A DNA stretch of 64,000 nucleotides from Octopus vulgaris (taxonomy: Eukaryota), in assembly GCA_951406725.2 (NCBI GenBank), contig OX597817.1, forward strand, positions 82,646,001 to 82,710,000, written 5' to 3'. Shown here piece by piece: positions 50,096-62,976 of the stretch (position 1 is the stretch's first letter; the number at the start of each line of letters is the position of its first letter). Made by a program: the position numbers and the translations under genes. The notes under the pieces were generated by a model. That model worked only from the letters and a program-made list of their open reading frames with translations. It searched no databases and had not been told where the DNA came from.

Positions 50096-51239
50096 TAGCG
50101 TCAGCTTTCCATATGGGCATGGGTCAGACGGTTTGACTGGGACTTGTAAACCAGAGAGCTGTACCAGGTTCCAGTCTTATTTGGCTTGGTTTCTTCAATT
50201 GGACACGCTTTCTAGTGCCAACCACTAGTGGGTGCCTTCCTAATACCAACCAGTAGTGGGAGCCTTTTATGTGTCACCAGCACAGGTGCCTTTTACATGT
50301 TACTAGTACTGGCTACAACTAACCCTAACTATGATTTCACTTGGCTCAACAAGTCTTAAGCACAGCAAATCACCAAAGGTCTCAATCACTTGTCATTTCC
50401 CTCCTGAGTCCCTACTTTCAGAGATCATGCTTCACCACCTCATCCCATATCTTCCAGGGTCTCTTCCACAGGTTCTTTCCACAAAAAAAAAAAAATTTGA
50501 TCAAAACTAGAATCACACTAAAGTGAATCTGTACAAAACAAGGGCCATATAAATTAAAGGTCAACTGTAAATGGTACCTTTCACCATAAAAAATATTCTT
50601 ATGCTTCAAGGCAGCAAACTGGCAGAACTGTTAGCATATCAGGCAAAATGCTTTGCGGCATTTTGTCCATCCTTATGTTCTGAGTTCAAATTCTGCCATG
50701 GTTGACTTTACCCTTCATCCTTTTGGGGGTCAATAAAATAAGTACCATAAGACTGGGGTTGATATAACCAATTAACCCCAGCCTCTGAAATTGCTGTTCT
50801 TGTGCCAAAATTTGAAATCAATATTCTTTTGTTTCTTGCTTTTCTGTCTTTCATATAAAGTTTAAAAAAATCGTTTCCAGTTATTCTAGTGTCGGTATCA
50901 TTTGAATGATACTGAGTAGGAATAACAATAATTATACAATTACAGGAATTATTCAACCAAAGTGTTCATCAGAATTTCAACTAATTAACAATTATATAGG
51001 AACAAATCTCCTTCAGTTTAGAAGACGGAGATAATAACAGTCAGATAATTTAAGATCACAATTCAATCCATGTGACATGATTTAAGCCCTCATCATTGAT
51101 CTAGAAACCATGTACCTATACCACTCAGAAATATCATTTAAAACTTGATTATTGATATAATTGTTCTGTAAGGATTATATGTATTTTAAAGTCAGTAATT
51201 ATGAGGGCAATGGAATTTCTTTGCATGTGAGAAACAAGG

Positions 51240-52105
51240 AATAAATGACTTTTTATCTTCTTGCCTTTAAGATACGGGAATTAATGGGAAAATAATATTT
51301 TGTGAGGTACTGGAAAATCTCAAATTAAAATTTAGCAGAATTCTAGGATTAGCCTTGTCTCTTATTTAACAACAACAAAAAAAAGTACTCAAAGCTTTGA
51401 AACAAATTTGGCTGGTTTATTAGCAAATGTAATAATAGGATTGAATTTATAACTTTTGGCAGTTTAGGGAAGTAATCTCTATATATAAAGCTGAAGTTTT
51501 ATGTGTATGGCAGGTTTGGCAGCCTTCAACTAACACTATCTCCTCCGAGACCCTGTGGCGCAAGTTGACCAAAATTGAGAGTATGATAGAAGGCTTACTC
51601 TTCCTTCCTTAGAAGATAAAATTCAAATCGGACCATGTTAACACCAAAAATTATTAACATCAAAAAGGTGCTTTTTTCCTATGAAAATCCCTGTTTTTAC
51701 GATTTTTTGACTGCTGTGTCACCAGTTTTCAGTGTATTTCAACCAGAAAAATGTTCACTTAAAGAGAATAACAAGCTACATAATGCAAAATTTTTACTTT
51801 TCAAAAATTCCAATTCTAAAGGGTCGAAACAAACCCGAGCAATACTGCTAGTAATTTATATTTCTCAATCAATAAATGACTTTTTATCTCTTTGCCTTTA
51901 AGATACAGGAATTAATGGGAAAATAATTATTTTGTGAGGTACTGGAAAATGTCAAATTAAAATTTAGCAAAATTCTAAGATTGGCCTTATCTCTTATTTA
52001 ACAAAAAAAACAAAAACACTCAAAGCTTTGAAACAAATGGCTGGTTTATTAGCAAATGCAATAATAAGATTGAATTTATAACTTTTGGCAGTTTAGGGAA
52101 GTAAT
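51240..52105. repeat. Direct repeat of about 235 bp (51240-51476 and 51871-52105) bracketing the Helitron
   Basis: Alignable by eye end to end with scattered substitutions and small indels. Confidence 0.9.
51476..51851 (+). mobile_element. Short non-autonomous Helitron-like element
   Basis: A|TCTCTATATATAAAG start and CTGCTAG|T end. The 3' hairpin appears half-deleted. Confidence 0.7.
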
Positions 52106-53516
52106 TGTAATATATAGTGTGAGCCAAATTATAATTGCATGACAACATTAGTATTCTGTGCTCTACAGTGAATTAAAGTGTAATAGTGGAGGACTCCTAG
52201 ATGGAGAGATATGAATATACTGACAATAAAACAATCATCAATGCTGAGATGAGCATTTCTATAATGAAATAGCTACAGGAATTCAGAACATATGTTAGCA
52301 GAAAGCTCATGTGAATCAATCTGAAGAAACAGTAGCTACTAATTTGCCTCCTTTGAATGAGATGTAGGCAGCCAAATTTGACATAAGCCTATATACAATG
52401 ACTAATAAAGGTTATATCTCATTAATGAAGAAGCAGCAAATTCTCTCTTCTACCATAATTTCTTCATTTATCCCTTCTCACCAAAGCTGCCAATCTTAAA
52501 GTGACAATGAAATACATTTTAAAATATTTGAGTACCACATTATATCACTATAAAACAGAGCTTTACCAAAGAGTTTTTGTAACATGCTACATGAGAACAT
52601 CTAATTAAGCCTCTGTTGCTTACCAACTGTTCCTTCTAGAAGTCAATGTCTCTCAGTGAAGCATAACCAATTATGAGAGAGTGAAATTGAGATAAACAGA
52701 GAAAAATAGACCCCAGTACTTGGCACATGGCCTAGCGGTTAGAGTGTTGCATACATGTTCTTATGATCATGGTTTCAATTCCCAGACCCAGTAGGGTGTT
52801 GTGTTTTTGAGCAAAACACTTAGCTTTTATGTTGCTCCAGTCCACTCAGATCTAAAAGACTAACCTTCTGATGGACTGGTGTCCTGTTTGACAAGAACAT
52901 GAGCTCAGTATGCCAGAGGAAGAGGTCATAGGACTTGAGACAGTATTTACCTAGTTGCTACTTTATTTATGCATAAGTGAGTTTATATGTCACTGTACAC
53001 CGCTATAAAAAGTAGCATGCCCCAGTGGTAAGAGTGTTGAATCTACAATCATAAGGCCATGGGTTCAATTCCTGAACTGGGTGGTATGTTATGTTCTTGA
53101 ACATAACATGCACATATGCAAAGACATACACATACACACATATATACATGACAGGCTTCTTTCAGTTTCCATCTACCAAATCCATTCACAAGGCCTTAGT
53201 TGGCCAGGAGCTATAGTAGAAGACATTTGCTCAAGGTATCATGCTGTGGGACTGAACCCGGAACCATGTGGTTGGGAAGTAAACTGCTTACCAGACAGCA
53301 ATGCCACAATGTTTTGAATTAATCAGGCATTATCTCGTAGCTTCAGTATTTTGATGATGTGATGGTACATTTTTAGAATGACATTGTAGGGTAGGTGTGA
53401 AAGGCTGGATCTGGCCAGTTTATTTGAGCGGGTTATGGCTGGTTTTAATGCTAAATTGTTAAGCTTTGTGACTCTACTAACATAAGATTTAGTGTTTTAT
53501 AAAATCATTCACTTAC

Positions 53517-53651
53517 TTTGAGTGGCTTCAGGTATTCAATTTCTGATATCAATTTATCAAAAGCTATTTCGTATTGATTTTTTATACGTAACAGTAATGG
53601 TTTATATGTTACAAATTTCTCAATCAAATAGTCAAAGACTCTCTGGTGAAT
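53517..53651 (-). CDS. TSNAXIP1: TSNAXIP1-like exon (135 nt, phase 0-0)
   Basis: Acceptor ttttacAG, donor AAA|GTaagt. Encodes IHQRVFDYLIEKFVTYKPLLLRIKNQYEIAFDKLISEIEYLKPLK, matching the recalled TSNAXIP1 motif FxxFIEDFKTYKPLLxxIKNxYE...LxPLK. Absent from the ORF track. Confidence 0.88.
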
Positions 53652-54034
53652 CTGTAAAACAGAAAGATAAAAACTGAAGTTAATATTCTTTAACTCTTTT
53701 ATTTGTTTTAGTTGTTAGGTTGTAGCCATGCTGGGGCATCACCTCATAGGGTTTTAGCTTAATGAATAGACACCAGTACTTATTTTGTCTTAAAGCTTTG
53801 CATTTATTGTCAGTCTGTCTTGCTGAGCAGCTAAGTTACAGGAATGCAAACAAAACAACACTGGTTGTCAAGCAGTTATATTATGCTCCGGTCATATGAA
53901 TATTAATTTAATATTTAATTAATAATAGCTGAGTATTAATCGAAACAGCTGTAAGTGAAGATGATAAATTTGCTGCTAATAATAAACAATTATTAACTTC
54001 TCAATCTCCATTTTCTTCTTTTATATATAAATAT

Positions 54035-54437
54035 AGGCGCAGGAGTGGATGTGTGGTAAGTAGCTTGCTAACCAACCACATGGTTCCGGGTTCAGTCCCA
54101 CTGCGTGGCATCTTGGGCAAGTGTCTTCTGCTATAGCCGCGGGCCGACCAATGCCTTGTGAGTGGATTTGGTAGACGGAAACTGAAAGAAGCCTGTCGTA
54201 TATATATATATGTATGTGTGTGTATGTGTTTGTGTGTCTGTGTTTGTCCCCCTAACATTGCTTGACAACCGATGCTGGCTGGTATATTTACGTCCCCGTC
54301 ACTTAGCGGTTCTGCAAAAGAGACTGATAGAATAAGTACTGGGCTTACAAAGAATAAGTCCCGGGGTCGATTTGCTCGACTAAAGGCAGTGCTCCAGCAT
54401 GGCCGCAGTCAAATGACTGAAACAAGTAAAAGAGTAA
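54035..54437 (+). mobile_element. tRNA-derived SINE, family A (CORE-like), full-length representative
   Basis: A-box-like TGG.TGTGTGG, B-box GGTTCAGTCC, core GCA.CTTGGGCAAGT, internal (TA)n(TG)n, tail GTGCTCCAGCATGGCCGCAGTCAAATGACTGAAAC. Other copies at about 1724, 11095, 17016, 17408, 22750-23700 (-), 26545, 32955-37085, 53145 (-), 56198, 59510 and 63375 (-). Confidence 0.85.
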
Positions 54438-54462
54438 AAAAGATATATATATATATATTTAT

Positions 54463-54857
54463 TTATAACAAAGGGTTTTTTGCAACAAGTAGCTTAAACC
54501 ACATACTGAAAATATTAGAAATAGCAGTCAAAGGGCTACTATTACTATTACTACAAAAATAAGTCTCCACAAACAAATCCAGTAGACTGTGTGTTTTCTT
54601 TGTTTTCCTTTCTTCTTTTTACCATATATGAGTTACAAATACTGTTGTTTGTGGAGACTTATTTTTGTAGTAATAGTAATAGTAGCCTTTTGACTGCTAT
54701 TTCTAATATTTTCAGTATGTGGTTTAAGCAACTTGTTGCAAAAAACCCTTTATTATAATTATATAATTTTTACCGAATACAGTCCTTTCCATACTGAAAT
54801 ACTACTAGGTGAAATTTATTGATTTTATTAAATTAATTATATTTCACCCTTTATCTG

Positions 54858-54862
<5 letters not shown>
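54463..54862 (+). mobile_element. Fold-back element with 114-bp arms and a 3' tail
   Basis: 54463-54576 is the reverse complement of 54645-54758. The tail ends CACCCTTTATCTGTAT(TA)n. Related to 60435-60505. Confidence 0.75.
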
Positions 54863-54898
<36 letters not shown>

Positions 54899-54942
54899 CA
54901 TATATATAATGTATGTATATACATATACTCATATATACACTC

Positions 54943-54956
<14 letters not shown>

Positions 54957-54982
<26 letters not shown>

Positions 54983-55535
54983 ACAATGGGCTTCTTTGCA
55001 TCCCATCACCTTCACACACAATGTATGGGTGGATCCACAGGTACAGTACATAACATTCTTGTGGGCCCAAACCTCTTACTGCATGATTCTTAAGCAAACT
55101 TCTTAACAATACAGCCATCCTGTGAGTTTAATATGGATTAGGTTTAGCTGCTCTTTTTAGCATGTCAAGTATTCCTTACAGATTTCCTTATTGGCTGTTA
55201 TCAAGTGTTTTAAATTTTTAAGTTAAGAAATTTAATAAAATGAAGATATAGGCACAATGGCCATGTGCTAAGAAGTTTGCTTCCCAAGTATATGTTTTGG
55301 GTTCAGTCCCACTACATGTCACCTTTGGCAAGTACCTTCTAATCACAGCCTTGTGAGTGGATTTGCTAGATGGAAACTCAAAGAAGCCTCTTGTAAGATG
55401 TCTGTATATGTGTGGTATATTTGTATATGCATATATGTATACATATGTGTGTGTATGTTTATGTATATGTGTGTGTATGTGTATATATATATATTTATAT
55501 TTATGAGTGTATATATGAGTGAATGTATATACATA

Positions 55536-55570
<35 letters not shown>

Positions 55571-55930
55571 TGTATATATGAGTATATGTATATACATACA
55601 TTATATGCAAACTTCTTAGCACATGGCCATTGTGCCTATATCTTCATTTTATTAAATTTCTTAACTTAAAAATTTAAAACACTTGATAACAGCCAATAAG
55701 GAAATCTGTAAGGAATACTTGACATGCTAAAAAGAGCAGCTAAACCTAATCCATATTAAACTCACAGGATGGCTGTATTGTTAAGAAGTTTGCTTAAGAA
55801 TCATGCAGTAAGAGGTTTGGGCCCACAAGAATGTTATGTACTGTACCTGTGGATCCACCCATACATTGTGTGTGAAGGTGATGGGATGCAAAGAAGCCCA
55901 TTGTACACACACACACACACATATATATAT
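54957..55930. repeat. Local inverted duplication of about 320 bp
   Basis: 54957-55280 is the apparently exact reverse complement of 55607-55930. Confidence 0.92.
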
Positions 55931-55935
55931 AAATA

Positions 55936-56150
55936 AGGGGGTGCTGGAAAGTTCCTGTCTTTGGGGAAAAAGAAATATAGGAGGATCAGTTAATTATTCT
56001 TTTATTCAACACATTTCCCTCTCAGATTCACACACTTATTGCAACAGTCCTTCAGTTTTTCTAAGCTCTGTAAAAGAACTCTGAAAGTTGGGCCTCCAAC
56101 CAGGTCTTTCGTAATACCCTTAAAGCCAGGAACTTTTCAGCACCCTCACA
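55936..56150. mobile_element. mariner-derived MITE
   Basis: GGGTGCTGGAAAGTTCCTG / CAGGAACTTTTCAGCACCC terminal inverted repeats near TA. Confidence 0.75.
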
Positions 56151-56630
56151 TACATTATATATATAGGCACACACACACACACAAATATATATATATAGGC
56201 ATAGGCATGGCTGTGTGGTAAGAAGCTTGTTTACCAATGACATGATATCAGGTTCAGTCCCACTGCATGGCTACTTGGGCAAGTGTCTTCTACTGTAGCC
56301 TTGGGCCGACCAAAGCCTTGTGAGTGGATTTGGTAGATGGAAACTGAAAGAAACCCATTGTATATAAATATATTTGTATTTATTTGTGTGTATTTGTATT
56401 TATATTTGTGTTTGTCCCCCACTCCTATCACTTGACAACTGATATTGGTATGTTTATGTCCCTGTAACTTAGAGGTTTGGTGGAAGAGACTGATAGAATA
56501 AGTACCAGGCTTATAAAGATTAAGTCCAGGGGCTGATTTCTTCGACTAAAAAGGCAGTGCTCCAGCATGACCACAGTCAAATGATTGAAACAAGTAAAAG
56601 AAAAGAAGAATATATATATATATATATACA

Positions 56631-57488
56631 CTAGCTGACATACTCAGTAATTCCTGGGAAAGCGGGGCTGATCCCTTGGTTCCATTCCCATAATTGTTTT
56701 GCTAATCCAATAACAACAATACAAAATATGAAGCCCTTAAAATATTTTCTTTTTTGCATTTACAGAGAACAGTGAACTGTCTTACATAGGGTCTTGTTTT
56801 CAGGAATTCCTTATAAGCTATGAATACCCAAATTATGAAGTCAGTTATGTAATAACATGAAATTAGTTACCTGGTAGTAAGAATTCAAATAAAGTAGCCC
56901 CGAAAAGGGCTTTAATACGTTCCTAGAGTATATAGAACTTAGGAGGTATGCTAATACTTCCTAATTTATAATACTAATAAGGTATGCATACTAAAATCAT
57001 GAAGCATGTTATGTAATAACAGGCTAATCAGATATGAAATAATAACAATTCAAAGTAAATAACTCTGATAAGGGGTTTTGTGCACTAGTGTTGGTATATT
57101 TGTGAAAATGTCACTAACCAAATTAAGTGGATCTATTGTTTAGGAAAATAATATTTTCTTTTTTAAGGGTTGTACTGGAGAAATTGCGAAAATAACTCTA
57201 ACAATTCAAATACTAAGAAATAAGCACACCCAATTTGATTTATACCAAATGATTTAGGCAAATGAATGGGTTATTTCCCTTGGCTGTTAAAATGAAATAT
57301 ATTAGATATATATAAGGATCCATTCCAGGGGCCCTATTATCGATTTTTTTTCAACCATTTGAGCATGCCATGAGGTTTCCAGACATGCGTTCTACTCACG
57401 TATCAAGTTTCATCAAAAGCAATAAAACGATGTAGCTAAGAACTCCACAAACACACCTACAGACAGAATTTCCCCAATATGTAGTAGA
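56631..57488 (-). mobile_element. Non-autonomous Helitron-like element
   Basis: CTAG at 56631. Minus-strand start A|TCTACTACATATTGGGGAAATTCTGTCTG resembles the 21107 element. Weak hairpin. Confidence 0.55.
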
Positions 57489-59697
57489 TATATATATATA
57501 TATAGTATATAGCATATATGTGTGTATGAATATATACAACCCATGCCAGCATGGAACATTAATGTTAAATGATAATGATGATACACACACACACACATGT
57601 ATATAGATGTACATAAAGTTATATATAATGTGCACTAAGTTACATGTGTGTGTATGAATACAACAGGTTTCTTTTCTGCTTCTGTCAACCAAATCCACTT
57701 ACAATATATTTTTCTTTACTGCCCACAAGGGGTTAAACATAGAGGGGACAAACAAGGACAGACAAACGGATTAAGTCGATCAGATTGACCCCAGTGCAAA
57801 ACTGGTACTTTATTTATCGACCCCGAAAGGATGAAAGGCAAAGTCGACCTCGGCGGAATTTGAACTCAGAATGTAACGACAGACGAAATACCGCTAAGCA
57901 TTTCGCCCGGCGCGCTAATGTTTCTGCCAGCTCGCCACCTTCAAATCCACTTACTATAGTCCCAGCCCTCGGTAGGCCTGTAGCTATAGTACAAGACACT
58001 CCCCCAAGGAGCTTTGCAGAGGGACTGAACAAGAAACCATGTGGTTAAGAAGCAAATATTTTAACTGTACAACCATGTTTGTACAAGACATATTGGAATG
58101 AGTAACAAGACGCCTACATGCACAGCTAGGATCATGACTGGTGAATAGTTAGAAAAGGAAAAAAATTTACAAGGAAGTTGGGAGGTAGGGTGGGGAAGAA
58201 TGTCATATGATCTGAGTGTTATGCAAATACAATATATCATAGGAGAAAAACAATGGGTTTTGCTGAAAGACATGATTAAAGAGAGAAACAAAGACTGTGA
58301 TCCAAGCTGTACAAGAAGTAATTAAAACGTACCCTATAAAAATGGAAATAGATAGAAAGCTGAGTGAGATAATTGATGTTCATTGTCTACCAAAATAGAT
58401 ATGATGATAGTGGGTAGAGAGAACAAGAGGACATTACAATAAAGTAAGAAGACATGTGAACTGTGAAAGGAATCCTGAAGTCAAAGTGGATGGAAATTGA
58501 TATCAGTAAAAGGTGGAATCTGTTACTGAAATAAATCATCATCATCATGAGTTTTAATGTCCGTTTTCCATGCTAGCATGGATTGGACGGTTTGACCAGG
58601 GTCTGGGAAGCCAGGAGGGTGCACCAGGCTCGTCTGATCTGACAGTGTTTCTACAGCTGGATGCCCTTCCTAACACCAACCACTCCATGAGTGAAGTGGG
58701 TGCTTTTTACATGCCACCGGCATAGGTGCCGGGGAGGCTGGCAGTGGCCACAATCAGTTAGTGCTTTTTACGTGCCACCGGCACAGGTATCACAACTAAG
58801 ATTTCCATTTGATTTTTTATTTTGATGTTGATGTACTTGACTCAAAATCTTGTAGGATTTCTCAGCACAAGCTGAAGGTATGACAGAAGTTACCATATAG
58901 AATCCTAACAGAAAAAAAAAATATAAACATAGAAAAATAAAAGAAGATTTTTTTCTTTGTTAAGCTTTATGGTAGTAAATTTGAAGTGAAAGAAATATGG
59001 AATAATGATTTCCAATTTTGACACAAGACCAGATATTTTGAGGAAGAGAGTAAGTCGATTACATCAACCCCATTGCTCAATTGGTACATATTTTATCGAT
59101 TCTGAAGGGATGAGAGGCAAAGCTGACTTCGGTGGGATTTGAACTCAGAATGTAAAGAAGGATGAAATGCCGTCAAGCATTTTGTCCAGTGTGATAATGA
59201 TTCTGCCATCTTGCTGCCTTGAAAAATATAGAATATTGATTTCAAAATTTGGTACAAAGACAGAAATTTCAGGGGAGGGGGCAAGTTGATTACACCAACC
59301 CCAGTGCTCAACTGGTACTTATTTTATTGACCCTCAGAAGGATGAAAGGGAAAGCTGACCCTGGCAGCATTAGAACTCAAAACATAAAAATGGATAAAAT
59401 GTTGCCAAATATTTTGTCTGGCATGCTAATGATTCTGCCAGCTTGCCACTTTAAAGAAATAGAGAATACTAATACATAAACCTGGCTTGAGAACTATGAA
59501 AACATGTTTAGTGGCTGTGTGGTTGGTAAGCGAGCTACTTACTGTGTGGTAAGTAGTTCGCTTACCAACCACATGGTTCCGGATTCAGTCCCACTGCGTG
59601 GCACCTTGGGCAAGAGTCTTCTAGTATAGCCTTGGGCTGACCAAAGCCTTGTGAGTAGATTTGGTAGACAGAAACTGAAAGAAGCCCATCGTATATA

Positions 59698-59731
<34 letters not shown>

Positions 59732-60377
59732 AATATATATATGTATGTGTGTGTATATGTTTGTGTGTCTGTGTTTATCACCCACCCCAACATGGCTTGA
59801 CAACCGATGCTGGTGTGTTTATGTCCCCGTAACTTAGTGGTTCGTCAAAAAGAGACTGGTAGAATAAGTACTAGGCTTACAAAGAATAAGTCCTGGGGTC
59901 GAATTGCTTGACTAAAGGCGGTGCTCCAGCATGGCCACAGTCAAATGACTGAAACAAGTAAAAGAGTAAAAGCGAAGTTTAACTCGAAAGTCATAGGAGC
60001 ATTAAGAACAGCATCAAAGTACTGGATTCAGAGTTTGAGACGATGGTAGTTAAGAAAACAAAAGCAACTTCAAAGACTTGTTGCTCTCTAACCACTAAAA
60101 TTTGAAGACATTAATGCATAGATATACTCAAGGAGGAAAGAATTTTTTAAGAAAATGATACTGGTTTCTAATTTGGGAACAAGACAAACAATTTTGAAAG
60201 ATGTGGTTGGTTGATACCAGCAACCCCTGTTAAATACAGTACGTAGAATTGGATGAAATGCTGCTAAGTATTTTGCCCAGAGCGCCAAAGATTCTGCTAG
60301 CTTACCACCTTGATACTTTAGTGAGCCAGGACAGATGAGAGATAATTTTAAATATATATGTATAAACATACACACAT

Positions 60378-60437
<60 letters not shown>

Positions 60438-60609
60438 CAAAAAGGGACAGGCAACAGGTTGCTTGACCGCATACCGAAAAAAGTAGAAATAGCAGTCAAA
60501 AATGCTTATTTCTAATTTCCACAAATGGGGCTCCAGGCACGACAAACCCTGTAATTCACATATGCAAAACAGAAGGAATAGATATTCGAAAACGAAGTCT
60601 GGTGGTTAT

Positions 60610-60722
60610 CTGTGAACATCATGTTTCTGGATTATAAACATATTGAATATATATTTCATATATACTTTTGATATATATTTCATATATATTGCATATATAT
60701 TTCACATCCTTCTTCAGCACAG
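60610..60722 (-). ncRNA. Type I hammerhead-like motif with a long AT-rich loop II
   Basis: CUGUG-CUGAAGA-aGGAU[long loop]AUCCa-GAAA-CAUGAUG-UU-CACAG. Intact core, but the first stem II pair is mismatched. Confidence 0.6.
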
Positions 60723-60999
60723 CTTTCCATTGAAATAGATTTATCATAGATTTATCAAATGCTACGTACCTCAAACCTTCTGACCATGCGACATCAACAT
60801 ATTTGAAGAAAGCGAGCAAAGGCTAAACCTACATAGACGTTTGAATTCATAAATCTTCCCTCCAAAATTTTGCCATGCGCACTACAAAAATAGTTCCTAT
60901 GGAACTATATATATATACATATATATATGCATATATATATATATATATATATATACATGCATATATATATATACACACACATGCACACAAACATATACA

Positions 61000-61034
<35 letters not shown>

Positions 61035-61266
61035 GATTGTATATTCTGAGTATTCCAACAGATTATAATGTAATCCTTGTATTGTCCCTTGTGCACCCTG
61101 ATGATTTTCTATCCAATGTATTTTAAAATGCAAGATTATATATTTATGTTGTTAGTTTTAATTTTGGTTGTGAAATTAAACAATTGTAGCTGAATATGTT
61201 AATTAATTAATAAATTAATTTATATCCATTAGATCTTTCTGTTTTCAAATTCACACACACACACAC

Positions 61267-61297
<31 letters not shown>

Positions 61298-61822
61298 CAT
61301 TGTGACACTGTCAGTTATGATGACAAGGGTTCCAGTTGGTACGGAATCAGCCTGCTTGTGAAATTAACATGCAAGTGGCTGAGCACTCCACAGATACCTG
61401 AACCCTTAATGTAGTTGTTGGGGAGATTCAGCATGACCCAGTGTGTGAAAAGGCTGGCCCTTTGAAAAACAGGTACAACAGAAATAGGAAGAAAGAGTGA
61501 AAGGGTACAGCAGTGTTCACCTGCCTGCCAGAGCCTCATGGAGCTTTAAGTGTTTTTGTTCAATAAACACTCACAATGCTCGATCTGGGAATCAAAACCA
61601 CAATCCCACGACAGCGAATCTGCTGCCCTAACCACTGAGCCATTGCACCTCATCATATATATACATACATATATACACAGACACTGCACGTATATACACA
61701 TGCATATATATACACACACACATATATACACATACGTATATATATATACACACATATGTATATATACACACACACATACATATATATATACAGACACATA
61801 CATATACACACACACATATATA

Positions 61823-62701
61823 TAGGGTGTGATGGGTAAATTGTCACCATTTTATACCCATAAATTTTGCACATGTGCTTTGTTCATTTTTGATTTTGTT
61901 GACTACACAGTACAGTAGTGTCAGTTGGGCATTGTCCGTGAGAAAAACAGCACCACAATGCAATTCAATTTGCCAGAAATTTTAAAATGACAGTCTGTAC
62001 TGCTTGGTATTCATGCCAGAAGCTCCAATATGATCAGATGGTGAACACACAGAACAACTGCTGGTTTTCTGTGTCCCCAAAACATAGGTGATAAGAATCA
62101 AAACATCCAGTCAACATCATAGTTTTTGGAGTGATGACTAGTGATGGCAATGCTATTCCTCCATTCATCTTCCCACAAGGCCTTAAACTCAACACAGAGG
62201 CCTACATCAAATGCCTGGAGGAGTTAGTGCTGCCCTGGTTCAAGGGGTGGCTGCTGGAAGACCCTATGTCTAGCAACAGGACTCTGCACCATGCCACACA
62301 AGCAGGGGAATCCAGTCGTAACTGTCAGACAATTCCTATGATCCCACCACCCCTAACATTTGGCCACTTAACTTCCCAGACTGCAACCTCTTTGGTAATT
62401 ACGTGTGGAGCACAGCTGAGAGACTAACAAAACTCCTTGTAACACCAAATATGAACTGAAGGCAAGGATTATGGCAGCATTCACCAACTTAAACAAGGAG
62501 ACTGTCCAGAAGAGTTGCAGGAGATTCCGAAGTCGCTTAGAGGGTGTGGTTGAAACCAATAGCAATTTTATTGAATAAATTTACTCCTTAGTATTTCAAG
62601 ATATTTTTATGTAATTTATGTAAAAATATCTATTAAAAAGAAATGTCAGTGTTATTTTCAGTTTTGCAAAATTTATATGACAATATATTCACCACACCCT
62701 G
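61823..62701 (+). mobile_element. Internally deleted copy of the DD37D element at 45575
   Basis: Same termini and 3' half. Deletion junction near 62035. Confidence 0.9.
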
Positions 62702-62976
62702 TATATATACATACACATATAGGTAGATGGAAACTGATGAAAGCCTGTTTTATTAAACTTTTTAATACTTTTTGATAGTTATATATATTTAACAAAAAAA
62801 AAAATTATAAATATAAATATAAATTAATAATTTTAAATTTAAATAATTTAAATTTTATATTTTATATATTTTGTAAATTATATTAATTATTTTTATTTTT
62901 ATGTTTTGGTTTATGTTTTTCACTGTTTGATTTGCCTAATAGTGGTTTTATCTCTAATTTAATTTATATATATATA

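Noticed and set aside
54035-54110. tRNA genes at SINE heads
   Set aside because: A/B boxes are present but there is no full cloverleaf, and each continues into SINE core and tail.
60619-60819. Minus-strand ORF as an extra exon
   Set aside because: The flanking exons already join in frame and collinearly, and the ORF overlaps an HHR-bearing repeat.
1901-61874. Many YIYI/VCVC/THTH, poly-M and poly-L ORFs
   Set aside because: Open frames through microsatellites and SINEs with no splice or homology support.
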